A stretch of DNA of 64,000 bases, taken from Eledone cirrhosa (Eukaryota). The position numbers and the translations under genes are program-made. Shown piece after piece: positions 37,216 to 50,240 of the stretch (its first letter is position 1; each line of letters starts with the position of its first letter). Under the pieces are notes generated by a model. The model made no database searches. It had not been told where the DNA came from and saw only the letters and a list, made by a program, of their open reading frames with translations. The DNA is taken from assembly GCA_964016885.1 (NCBI GenBank), contig OZ024741.1, positions 111,228,001-111,292,000 of the forward strand, written 5' to 3'.

Positions 37216-40200
37216 GCATCCATGATGGCTGTTGAAGTTTGGATGTCTCTTATAGTTGTATTGGCTCCTGCTGTTGTTGTAAGATGGTGTGTAGCTGTGG
37301 TGGTTGTTGAGTTTAGGTTGTATCGTGTGGTTGTATTGAGCCCTGCTGATGTTGTTGTAGGGTGTGTAGATTTGAAGGACGTGGTTATAGGGTGTGAAGT
37401 TGTGGTGGTTGTTGAAGTTGGGTTGTAACGTGTGGTTGTGTTGAGCACTGCTGTTGTTGTAGGATGTGTAGACTTGGTGGTAGTTGTAGTAAGGTTGTCT
37501 TGTGTGTTCATATTGAATCCTGTTGTTGCTGTTATATGGTGTGTCCAAACTTCAACATCCATCACAACTTCCATAATCATTTTTTAGACACAGCACACAG
37601 ACACAGGATCACAAGATAACACAAAACACACAGGAGACACAAAATGCAATAAAAATTGTCAATTTAACCTCCAAAGAATTAACAACAGACCAAATCAACA
37701 TACTCTCCAAAGGTCTAAAATTTACACCAACTCCCCAACAACCAAACTACCCCGAAATGAAGGAAGATATTGCAGAATTCTGTAGAAAACTAAGACTAAG
37801 CAAACAACTATACAACAAATACAATGAGGATGACTCAATAGCCAGAAATAGAAGCAACTACACCCCACCAAAAGGCAAGAATAAATTCCTCGATCAATTC
37901 TGCGAACACATTACTAATTACCCATACCACCACCTACACAGACATAAACAAAAACCAAACCTAAGCAAAAAAGAATGGAATGGTCTTAACAGTCTAAAAA
38001 ACGACAAAACCCTAACAATCAAAGAGGCAGATAAAGGGAGTGCAGTAGTCCTTGTGGAGATAGATTATTACACAACTCTAGTACTCTCAACTCTAGAAAA
38101 CCAAACATATTATGAAAAGGCCCAACACTACACACAACAGAAAATAATGAGAAACCTAAAATCCCTAACAACCCTTTACAAAGAAGGCCTTACAGACAAG
38201 GAATATAACTACATCACCAATTTCAAAAGCAGAACCAGCCTCTTCTACGGTATCCCCAAGACACACAAAAGCGAAGTAATAGGCAGGGCCTGCAAGCAAG
38301 CCACAGACGTTTACATCAATATAGCCCCTCCTGATGACCTTAAATTAAGACCCATAATAGCAGGCACCACATGTGAAACCCATCACCTAAGCAACTTCCT
38401 AGATATTCTGCTTACACCATTCCTTAAACATATAAAAAGCTTCATAAGGGACGACCTTGACATGCTCAACCACCTCTCAACAACACTCAATAACGAACAT
38501 ACCCTACTAGTAACCTTTGATGTCATCAATTTATATTCCAATATCCCACACAACCTAGGTACAGAGGCAATACAATTCTGGATGTAAAATTTCCCTAGTG
38601 AACTTCCACAGCGCATCCCTAAAGAATTTGTGTTGGAGGGACTCAAATTCATCTTGGAAAACAATTTCTTCGAATTCAATGCCAAATACTACAGACAGAA
38701 ATCTAGGACGAAAGTGGCCCCCTCATACGCCAACCTTGTCATGGAATATTTGGAAACCATTCTCTACCGCAAAGTTCTAGACAAATACGGCAACCACTTC
38801 TACCAACACATAGAAAAGAACTGGAAGAGATATCTGGACGACTGCTTCATCCTCTGGCATGAAAGTATAGATAGACTGATTGAGTTCAAAACCCTTCTGA
38901 ATGAGCTCAACACTAACTTACAATTCACAATGGATTACAGCCATGAACAACTCCCTTTCTTCGACATCCTCATCAAGAAAACAAGCAACAAAATAGAAAC
39001 AGACATATACTACAAACCCACAGACTCCAAACAATACCTTCCATTCAACTAATGCCACCCTAGACACACCAAAATGGCAATTCCTTATAACAGAGCCAGA
39101 AGGATCTGCACAATAGTTTCAGATAAATACACATGCTACACACGACTAGAAGAATTAAAAAACACACTTATCAGCAGAAACTACCCACCATCCCTAATCA
39201 CCAATGGATCCAATGTCTAAAACTAGACATCCAGGAACCCAGGAGTGAACCGCAACAAAAAACTCTACCATACATCTCCACACACAACTCCCTCAACAAT
39301 GAGGCATTCGACACCATCCTCTAGAACATTCCTTTACTAAAAAGAGACCCAAAAATGAACAATATCCTCCAAACACACAACATCATAAAGAGCAAAAGAC
39401 AACCCAAATCCATAAAAAACATCCTCACACAAACCAAAATCCAACAAACCTTCACAATAAACCCTACAGTAACAAAATGCGGAAGGCCCAACTGTGGCAT
39501 ATGCATAAATCTAATACAAGGTTCAACATTCCATTTTAAACAAGGACAACGTTTCACAGTTAAACACAACTTTACATGTGCATCTGAAACCCTTATCTAT
39601 GTTTTGACTTGCTCAGGTTGTCTAGAGCACTATATAGGACAGACAAAAACAGCCTCCGTCAACGTATGACCGTCCATAAATCACAAATTAAAATACAGGA
39701 ATACAGAAAGATTTCATTTAGTGAACATATCGCCAATTGTGCTCTCAACCAACTTCCAAACTTTAAAATTTTGCCCATTTACAAATTCATAGACAACGCT
39801 ACTCTTCATCCAACGCACCAATAAGGAAACACATTTCATTAATAAATTTCAACCAGTACTCAATGCCCTGAAATTCGGAACTTTCTAAAACTGCAACAAA
39901 CCATCAAACATTTACAAGAGTTACCTCCCTCTCACCCTACCTAATCCTTTTTCTTAAATAAATTAAATATCACCCAGCAAGAATTGCTTCCACCTGCATA
40001 TTAACTCTCTAAAAAGGGAAATCATATCAAACCACAGTCCACCATTTGCCTCCTTCACGGAACCATGGTTCAACTAAACACTCTTGCAATATTAACACAT
40101 TTTGAACTGTTTAACTTCAATGACTGTGCTTGTAAATAACATTAACTTTTCTTCCACATTGACTTTTTACGTTCCACATTATGCACGTTTTTTTTTTCCT

Positions 40201-40530
40201 TTTTCTTTTCACTTCTTAAACCTTGTTTGTATATAACATTATTCTTTCTGCACCTTCTGTTTAACATGGGCGACACCACACTAATACATTTCACTATCAT
40301 TTGATAATGCATATAAATGCAGAAACCGGTAATAGACGATAATTAAATATATAAATAGATAAATAAATGCCATTGTTAAATAATAAATAAATCAACTAAT
40401 ACCTTAACACTTCACACAAAGTAAAACATTTCGTTTTAATCATTTTCTAACCCAGAAAAAAGAGAGACAAAAAAAAAAGTAAAAAAAAAAATTTTTCTTC
40501 CTCATAATCGTCTCTTTCTCCCTGTTTTCA
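37216..40530 (+). mobile_element. Neptune-type Penelope-like element, near full length, degenerate, with inverted 5' segment
   Basis: LSKGLKFTPT; IKEADKGSAVV; YGIPKTHK..LRPIIA; FDVINLYSNIPH; APSYANL; RYLDD; YYKPTD; CGRPNCGIC..FTC..LIYVLTCSGC..YIGQT (GIY-YIG). Several stops and frameshifts; the 3' end abuts (TA)n. Confidence 0.9.
40294..40335 (+). ncRNA. Hammerhead-like motif, U3-A8 core variant, in the PLE 3' region
   Basis: TTGATAA-TGCAT(ATAA)ATGCA-GAAA-CCGG-TA; stem I weak (CTAT/ATAG only with a bulge). Confidence 0.58.
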
Positions 40531-40572
40531 TATATATATACATATATATATATATACATATATATGTATATA

Positions 40573-40690
<118 letters not shown>

Positions 40691-40702
40691 CATATATATA
40701 CA

Positions 40703-40734
<32 letters not shown>

Positions 40735-40735
40735 C

Positions 40736-40780
<45 letters not shown>

Positions 40781-40823
40781 CACATATATATATATACATA
40801 TATATATATACATATATATATAC

Positions 40824-40854
<31 letters not shown>

Positions 40855-40927
40855 CATATAAATACATATATATATATACATATATATTTACATATATATA
40901 TACATATATATATATACATATATATAC

Positions 40928-40958
<31 letters not shown>

Positions 40959-41200
40959 CATATATATATACATATATATATATACATATGTATATATACA
41001 TATGTATATATACATATATATATATACATATATATATACATATGTATATATACATATATATATATACATATATATATACATATATATATATACATATATA
41101 TATTATATATATATATACATGTATATATATATACATATATATATATACATGTATATATATATACATATATGTATATATACATGTGTATATATATAAATAC

Positions 41201-41269
<69 letters not shown>

Positions 41270-41563
41270 CATATATATATACATATATATATATACATGT
41301 ATATATATACATGTATATATATACATGTATTTATATACATGTATATATATATACATATATATATACAACTGTATATATATATACATATATATATATACAT
41401 GTATATATATACATGTATATATATATACATATATACATGTGTATATATATACATATGTATATATATATACATATGTATATATATACATATGTATATATAT
41501 ATACATATGTATATATATATACATATATATATACATATATATATACATATATATATACATATG

Positions 41564-41595
<32 letters not shown>

Positions 41596-41613
41596 CATAT
41601 ATATATACATATG

Positions 41614-41645
<32 letters not shown>

Positions 41646-41674
41646 GTTATGTAATAAACAACATAAGGCAATTA

Positions 41675-41734
41675 TTCCATTTACCAGTGGTTTCTAAAAA
41701 GCAAAAGATCTTGCTTTCAATCCTCAGAATGAAA
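41675..41734 (-). ncRNA. Type-I hammerhead ribozyme motif (mirror copy)
   Basis: Exact reverse complement of 41785-41844. Confidence 0.8.
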
Positions 41735-41784
41735 AAATCCTGGTCTGTTTACTGAATTTGGATTTTAAAAACAGACCAGGATTT

Positions 41785-41844
41785 TTTCATTCTGAGGATT
41801 GAAAGCAAGATCTTTTGCTTTTTAGAAACCACTGGTAAATGGAA
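41785..41844 (+). ncRNA. Type-I hammerhead ribozyme motif
   Basis: TTTCATT-CTGAGGA-TTGAAAGCAAGA(TC)TTTTGCTTTTTA-GAAA-CC(ACT)GG-TA-AATGGAA. 7-bp stem I, long stem II, 3-bp stem III; predicted GUA cleavage after 41837. Confidence 0.82.
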
Positions 41845-41948
41845 TAATTGCCTTATGTTGTTTATTACATAACTATTAAGCTCTGTTACCTACATAGAGC
41901 ACTCTTTTTTCCTGGACTTTTCCGACGGAATTACTTCATTTACATATA

Positions 41949-42004
<56 letters not shown>

Positions 42005-42175
42005 CATATATATATATATACATATATATATAAATATGTATATATATATATACATATATATCTACATATATATATACATATATATCTACATATATATATA
42101 CATATATATATAAATATGTATATATATATATATATACATATGTATATATATATATATACATATGTATATATATAT

Positions 42176-42206
<31 letters not shown>

Positions 42207-42269
42207 CATACATATATATACATATATATATATATATACATATATACACATATACATATACATATATAC

Positions 42270-42301
<32 letters not shown>

Positions 42302-42317
42302 ATATATACATATATAC

Positions 42318-42380
<63 letters not shown>

Positions 42381-42381
42381 C

Positions 42382-42412
<31 letters not shown>

Positions 42413-42490
42413 CATATGTATATATATATACATATATTTATACATATGTATATATATATACATATATTTATACATATGTATATATACATA

Positions 42491-43250
42491 TCATCATCAT
42501 CATCATCATCAACGTTTAACGTCCGTGTTCCACGCTTGCATGGGTTTGGACGGGGGTAGTCCCACTTGAGGCAAGAGTGATTGTCTTGCTCGCATAGGAC
42601 TGTCTGGCAGGTTTTCTACAGTTGGATGCCCTTCCTAACACCAACCACATTTACAGTGTGGGTCTGGGAGGTTTTTACCGTGTTGCCTACACGGCCACAT
42701 TACAGCGTGGACTGTGTGTTTTTTTGTCGTGACACCTACACGATCTCATTTGTTTCGGCCTGGATGGCGCGGCACCAACATAACTTTACATAGAACGGGG
42801 TGGTGTGGATGGGGTGGGGGTGGTGGGACGGGGGTGTATTTTGTTAGAGATGCCTACTGCCTGTAGTAGGTTTTACTATGTATTTAGGTAAGGCGGGTCT
42901 TCTCTGTTACTGAGTACCGCCAAAGGTCTCGGTCCAGTGACATTGTCTTGGAGAGGTGTAAGTGTGTGAGGTCGGAGTTTATCAGCTCGTCCCAGGTTTT
43001 TCTAGGTCTACCTATTCCGTGGCTACCGTCTATCTTTATTGCCCTGCACTTTGTTATACATACCAACGTAGCCTTCTCTCGAGTAAACAACATCTGATCC
43101 CTCTTATTTCTAATTTTTTCCTTAGTTCGTTTATGCTTTGCCGTTCACGTATATTACTGTTACACATCCAGCGGAGCATGCAAGCTTCGTTCCTCTCTAG
43201 TCTGCGTATATCCTCTGCACACAATGCCCAGGTCTCACTGCCATGCAACA
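42491..43250 (-). mobile_element. RTE LINE 3' fragment
   Basis: (CAT)n tail, 3' [16 protein letters not shown]; near-identical to 31411-32491. Confidence 0.9.
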
Positions 43251-43272
43251 TATGTATATATATATACATATG

Positions 43273-43304
<32 letters not shown>

Positions 43305-43540
43305 CATATGTATATATACATATGTATATATATATATACATATGTATATATATATACATATATATATACATATGTATATATATATACATATATATATATA
43401 CATATGTATATATATATACATATATATATATACATATATATATACATATGTATATATACATATGTATATATATATATACATATATATATATACATATATA
43501 TATACATATATATATACATATATATATATACATATATATA

Positions 43541-43589
<49 letters not shown>

Positions 43590-43616
43590 GTATATACATA
43601 TACATATATATATACA

Positions 43617-44467
43617 TTAGCCGCTAAAGGGTTCTCCCTAAAAATGAAAGGCAGGCTGTATGATGCCTGCATACGAACAGCAATGTTGCATGGCAGTGAG
43701 ACCTGGGCATTGTGTGCAGAGGATATACGCAGATTAGAGAGGAACGAAGCTTGCATGCTCCGCTGGATGTGTAATAGTAATATACGTGAACGGCAAAGCA
43801 TAAACGAACTAAGGGAAAAATTAGAAATAAGAGGGATCAGATGTTGTTTACTCGAGAGAAGGCTACGTTGGTATGGTCACGTGATGCGCATGAAAGACGA
43901 CAGCTGTATAAAAAAGTGCAGGGCAATAATGATAGACGGTAACCACGGAGTAGGCAGACCCAGAAAAACCTGGGACGACCTGATAAATTCCGACCTCACA
44001 CACCTACACCTCTCCAAGACAATGTCATTGGACCGAGATCTTTGGCGGTACTCAGTAATAGAGAAGACCCGCCTTACATAAATACAAAGTAAAACCTACT
44101 ACAGTCAGTAGGCATCTCTAACAAAATACACCCCCGTCCCACCACCCACACCCCATCCACACCGACCCTTTCAATGTAAAGTTATGTTGGTGCCACAACA
44201 TCCAGGCCGAAACAAATGAGATTGTGTAGGTGTCACGACAAAAAAAAACACAGTCCACGCTGTAATGTGGCCGTGTAGGCAACACAGTAAAAACCTCCCA
44301 GTCCCACACTGTAAATGTGGTTGGTGTTAGGAAGGGCATCGAGCTGTAGAAAACCCACCAGACAGTCCTATGCGAGCAAGACAACCACTCTTGCCTCAAG
44401 TGGGAAAACTCCCGTCCAAACCCATGCAAGCGTGGAACATGGACGTTAAACGATGATGATGATCATG
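43617..44467 (+). mobile_element. RTE LINE 3' fragment
   Basis: [28 protein letters not shown], 3' UTR, (GAT)n. Confidence 0.9.
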
Positions 44468-44756
44468 ATATATATATATATATACACATATATATATATA
44501 CACATATATATATATATATATCATCATCATCATCATTTTACGTCCGCTTTTCCCTGCTTGCAAGGGTGGGACGGAACTGATTCTGGCTTGATTTCTACAG
44601 CTGGATGCCCTTCCTAACGCCAACCTCATTTACAGTGTGGGACTGGGAGGTTTTTACTGTGTTGCCTACACGGCCACATTACAGCATGGACTGAGAATTG
44701 AACTCACAACCTTTCGATTGCAAGGCCAATGCTCTAACCACTAAGCCATGTGCCTG

Positions 44757-44995
<239 letters not shown>

Positions 44996-45097
44996 TGATC
45001 ATCATCATCGTTTAACGTCCATGTTCCACGCTTGCATGGGTTTGGACGGGAGTTTTCCCACTTGAGGCAAGAGTGGTTGTCTTGCTCGCATATATAT

Positions 45098-45155
<58 letters not shown>

Positions 45156-45156
45156 A

Positions 45157-46390
45157 AAGATATTCTTGTGATCAATTATATTTTATTATACATATTTCAG
45201 AGGTACTGAATTAAGTTCAACTGTACGTCCTCATCAGATAAAATAAAATGATACATGACATGGTAGATGGTTAAGATTTAATTAAGGTAGTGATTAATTT
45301 ATGACAAAACTCAATATTTATACTCTAATATTGAGAACATGAGAAAACGTAATACAATCAATAGAGAGAGTGTGAGTAATATATTTTAAGAAATACATGG
45401 CATCAATGTAGCAGTTATAGAATTTTTAATATTTAAAAACTACAAGAGTAATAGTAGGGAGAGGAAAGCATAGAGGAAGAAGTAGCTGATGTTATAACTT
45501 ATTTAGTATTTAGCTTGAGAAGACAGATGAAATATGAATTAAAGAGAGAGAGAGAGACAAAGGGGAGTAATTTATGCTCTCGTTTCTACACACACAGAGA
45601 TTCATATATAGCATAGTTGGCGGTTAATTTTCAAAACATTTAATTTATGTTATTTCAGGGTAAAGAATCAAATTTTAGGTTTTAAAAGTTATTAGGTATT
45701 TGTATTAATATTATAATATATTTATGTTAAATTTCTAAAATTCAAATTTTATGAAGACAAATGTAAAGGATTTACGAAACCCGCGAAAGAAAGAAAATAT
45801 ACATATAATGTTCAATATCCCCACGAAGGTAAACTTTACCAAAATTACTTATAATATTGACAACAGTTTCTATAATATAATTTATAAGATATTTATAGTT
45901 ATAACTATTAAAGAATTTATTGTTAAATAGTTTGAGTGCCTAAAGTATCAACAGGTCTTATAATTAAACTTAAAGAAGTCAGAATTTTCAGCTATATATA
46001 TGTATTGATCATAATATAGCAAGATTATGGTTTATTATTTGTTCATATATTTTATTAAGTAAATGATTATATAAGTTCTACCTTCCAAGGAAAACCAAAC
46101 ACTTATAATAATGTCATTTGAGTGTTTAAATTATTTATAAATGTAACTACGATTATGTTATTACACTAGATAAAGATATTTGTACAAACTATATATAGAT
46201 ATAATAGGTATTAATGAAACGGTATACATTTAATAAAGGATAATAATTATAATCATTGTTAGTAGTTTTACCTCCAGTTCAGTGGAGAAATAGACCAATA
46301 TTAGTCAGCTATTATGATTTGTTAAATATACATAAAAAAACTCAGTGCAAATCCAACTTTCTGAGTCCCCCAAAACCATCTCAAAATGAG

Positions 46391-46439
<49 letters not shown>

Positions 46440-47960
46440 GTAAACGCATGAATGATCCACAGTTCAAATTATAATCAGTAAATTTACAAGTTAGATATCT
46501 AAACTATATATTTAAAACAGAGAGACAGAAAAATAAAGATCTGAATCAAAGTTAAAAATATAAAAGAAAAAACATATGGTATGCATATCCATCAAGTAAA
46601 CAAGTTATCAAACAAGTGTCATTCATTCAAACATTAATTCCATTATAAATGATTAGAAGATAAAGCATTATTAAAGTTTTATAAACCGTTATGACTTATA
46701 TGTTCAACAGTTGATGATAGACGTCGAAAATCAGGCTTGATTGGTTACTATTTTTTCCTGACTTTTTGCGAGGCTTGGAATGTAGACAAAGCTTTATGAA
46801 GGCAGTTTGAGAATAATTCACTTTTTTTGTTAATTAAGTTTTCATAATTATTAATAGGGTCTCCTTTGTACAGAGGCTGCAGTTAATTGATATTGTAGAG
46901 TTTATATAAACTCCACTCTTACAAAGCTTCGTCCAAAAGATCGAGTATTTTAAATTGTTGTCCTTTAATGACCATATAAGCTGTGATAAAGAAGTCGAAG
47001 ACTTCCTATTAGAATTCGAGAATGAGCATTTGTGATTCACAAATCTTGCTTTAAATGTTGAAGAAGTTGCTCCTATGTAGTTGTATGTGTTGTTATTTGT
47101 TTTTACGGTGCATTTATACACCAAATTTCTATCCAAACAATTATTTTGCAGAGGGCAATCTGGTTTATTTCTACAATTACATTTTGATTTATTATTATTT
47201 ATATTAACACTATTATTAATATCATTATGTTTATTTTGCGATGTTTGGGGCCATATTCATAGTTGTAGAATAAGATAATTTAATAGTGTGTCTATTAAAA
47301 ATGGAATGGTATTTATGTTGACTAGGGAATGAACTATCCAAAGTTTTAAAAAATAGATTAGCTATTGGTGTTCTTACTGCTACAGAAGCAGGGGGGGGGG
47401 AACCATATAACTGATTTAGTTCTGGTTCTTTTCCCCGATTTATTCAAAGTACAGGTGTTTGAATTATAATTAATAGAATTTACAGAATTTCGTTTATATA
47501 TGCCATTATTTTTATCAGGATTAAAGCTTGGATTATTATTGTCTATATATTCTATATTATTTTTATAACCTGCCTTTTTTAGCGCATCATTGTAATATCA
47601 TACATTTTCATCAAATATTGTTTTATTTGCAGATATTCTATTAATGCGTTTTTGCATGCTATTTACAATTGCTTTTTTCACTGACTTAGGGTGATTGGAG
47701 TAATAACTAACGTAATTTAAGTTTTCATTGGGCTTATGGAAAGGGTAATAAAAACCAGAGTTTAAGTTACGGGTAACATCAAGGAAATTAACTATTTTGG
47801 TACCACTTTCTACTTCTAGTTTAAGGTCGTAAATTTTAAAGAATTTAATTATATTTTTCTTTACTCTATTTAGTTCTATATTGTTGTGTTTAACTACCGT
47901 AAATAAAATATCGTCCCTATATAAACCACCGGTAATCTCCGGCAGTTTTCTATTTAATAT
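45157..47960 (-). mobile_element. Nematis-type Penelope-like element, 5'-truncated, with long AT-rich 3' region
   Basis: GLYRDD..VNFLDVT..PFHKPN..SNHP; KCNCRNKPDCPLQNNCL..LVYK..YIG..FKARF.NH..CSLC..E..LINKKSE..C.H. 3' extent inferred from the hammerhead at 45179-45245. Confidence 0.82.
45179..45245 (-). ncRNA. Type-I hammerhead ribozyme motif
   Basis: (-) TATTTTAT-CTGATGA-GGACGTAC..TGAA(CTTAA)TTCA-GTACCTCT-GAAA-TA(TG)TA-TA-ATAAAATA. 8-bp stem I; AUA triplet. Confidence 0.75.
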
Positions 47961-47976
47961 ATACATATATATATAG

Positions 47977-48636
47977 TTTACTCAGCTGTAGAAATGAGAT
48001 GATAGGAGTGGGGTCCCTATCATTCCACTGGAAAGTGGTTGTAGAGGTGCCACGGCAAAAAAGCCCCCCAGCCCACACTGTAAAGTGGACGTGTAGGCGC
48101 CTCGGGGGAAAAAGCACCCAGCACGCACTGTAAATGAGGCTGGTGTTAGGAAGGGCATCCGGCTGTAGAAATCAAGCCAGAATCAGTTCCCATCCGACCC
48201 TTGCAAGCAGGGAAAAGCGGACGTAAAATTGACGACGATTATGATGATGATATATATATATAGGCACATGGCTTAGTGGTTAGAGCATTGGGCTTGCAAT
48301 CGAAAGGTTGTGAGTTCAATTCTCAGACCGGATGATGTGTTGTTTCCTTGAGCAAGACACTTTATTTCACATTGCTCCAGTTTACTCAGCTGTAGAAATG
48401 AGATGATCGGACTGGGGTCTCTATCATTCCACTGCAAAGGAGGTGCCACAGCAAAAAAGCACCCAGCCCACACTGTAAAGTGGACGTGTAGGCGCCACTG
48501 AAAAAAGCACCCAGCATTCACTGTAAATGAGGTTGGTGTTAGGAAGGGCATCCACGTGTAGAAATCAAACCAGAATCAGTTCCCGTCCCACCCTTGCAAG
48601 CAGGGAAAAGTGGACGTAAGATGATGATGATGATGA
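47977..48636 (+). mobile_element. Two tandem SINE family B copies (first 5'-truncated; second 48263-48636)
   Basis: Same head, core and tail as 32528-32870. Confidence 0.82.
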
Positions 48637-48656
48637 TATATATATATATATATATA

Positions 48657-48706
<50 letters not shown>

Positions 48707-48724
48707 TAATATGTTTTCTCGTAG

Positions 48725-48861
48725 ATCATAAATGTGGATATTTAAGCCTTCTACCAAACCTAGTTAAGTACTATGGCTGGAATCCTGGCAAAAAACTTTA
48801 TGAATGGCTTAGAAATGTACTTTTAGAAAAAACTGGAAATCCAAACATTACATTCTGGGAA
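48725..48861 (+). CDS. Patatin-like phospholipase, exon 3
   Basis: tctcgtag|(D)HKCGYLSLLPNLVKYYGWNPGKKLYEWLRNVLLEKTGNPNITFWE|gtaagt; 137 nt, phase 1 to 0, matching both neighbours. Confidence 0.88.
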
Positions 48862-49011
48862 GTAAGTATTTTCTAACTTCCGGATTGATTATTATTGAGG
48901 AAAATATGTTATTATCCATTTGTCATCATCAGCACCATTGTCATCATAGCTTCTGCTGCTGATATCATTGTTGAAAATGTACTCATTTTTCATGCATCTT
49001 GATCTTGTGTC

Positions 49012-49795
49012 ATTTCATCTGTGATATCTAGTTGTAGATTTCCTCTGTGATATTTCATTATTTCTGGTGTCATTTCCTCTGTGATATTTCATTGTTTCTG
49101 GTGTCATTTTCATCTGTGATATTTCATTGTTTCTGGTGTCATTTCATCTGTGTGATGTCATTGTTTCTGGTGTCATTTCTTCTGTGAGATGTCATTGTTT
49201 CTGGTGTCATTTCCTCTGTGATATTTCATTATTTCTGGTGTCATTGTTTCTGGTGTCATTTCATGTGTGATGTCATTGTTTCTGGTGTCATTTCTTTGCG
49301 AGATGTCATTGTTTCTGGTGTCATTTCATCTGTGAGATGTCATTGTTTCTGGTGTCATTTCATGTGTGATGTCATTGTTTCTGGTGTCATTTCATCTGTG
49401 AGATGTCATTGTTTCTGGTATCATTTCATCTGTGAGATGTCATTGTTTCTGGTGTCATTTCTTTGTGAGATGTCATTGTTTCTGGTGTCATTTCATCTGT
49501 GAGATGTCATTGTTTCTGGTGTCAATTCATCTGTGAGACGTCATTGTTTCTGGTGTCATTTCATCTGTGAGATATCATTGTTTCTGGTGTCATTTCCTCT
49601 GTGATATTTCATTATTTCTGGTGTCATTTCATCTGTGATATTTCATTATTTCTGGTGTCATTTCATCTGTGATATTTCATTGTTTCTGGTGTCATTTCAT
49701 CTGTGTGATGTCATTGTTTCTAGTGTTATTTCATCTGTGTGATGTCATTGTTTCTGGTGTCATTTCATCTGTGTGAGATGTCATAGTTTTCTGGC
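49012..49795. repeat. ~34-bp minisatellite (~22 units) in intron 3
   Basis: Unit GATGTCATTGTTTCTGGTGTCATTTCATCTGTGA. Confidence 0.93.
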
Positions 49796-50005
49796 AAAGG
49801 ATTTTTTAGACTCGAAATATTAGAACAGGTAAATAAAATAACAGGTGACACACCAACATCTTCATTGCCTTCAATTTCTTCCAAAATGTACCATCCATTT
49901 TGCATTGTCGTAGCATTCAAATAACATACTACTTTATACACGAACACAATACTTCAAGCAAACTACAATACCCTCTTATATATTTTATTTTATTTTTTCT
50001 CCAAG

Positions 50006-50240
50006 CTATACACAGATTATAGTCGTGAATTATGTATTGTTGTAACAAACGTTAGTGACCTGGCTGTTGAGTATTGCCACCCAAAGACCACTCCACATAT
50101 GTCAGTATGCCTGGCTGTACGTATGTCAATGTCCATCCCTGGAATATTCAGTCCAGTATGCTATTCTGCTAATAATAGAGCAAAGAAATATTATGTAGAT
50201 GGAGGAATTCTATGTAATTACCCAATCCATTGTTTTGATG
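50006..50240 (+). CDS. Patatin-like phospholipase, exon 4 (catalytic Asp)
   Basis: ctccaag|LYTDYSRELCIVVTN..HPKTTP..AVRMSMSIPGIFSPV..YVDGGILCNYPIHCFD|gtaagt. DGG motif; 235 nt, ends phase 1. Confidence 0.92.

Larger units (their letters stand above)
41643..41943 (+). mobile_element. ORF-less palindromic mini-element carrying two hammerheads
   Basis: Perfect 108-bp arms 41643-41750 and 41769-41876, 18-nt loop, ~65-bp unique tail, embedded in (TA)n. Confidence 0.8.

Noticed and set aside
36150-37580. 476-aa mucin-like Thr-rich/RT fusion protein
   Set aside because: Chance in-frame junction of an inverted Neptune 5' segment with a truncated BovB-like ORF.
46708-46736. TTGATGA..GAAA hammerhead-like match on +
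   Set aside because: No stem I or III, and opposite orientation to the host element; likely chance.
49012-49795. 34-bp array as CRISPR or a coding repeat
   Set aside because: Head-to-tail minisatellite without spacers; exons 3 and 4 join in phase without it.
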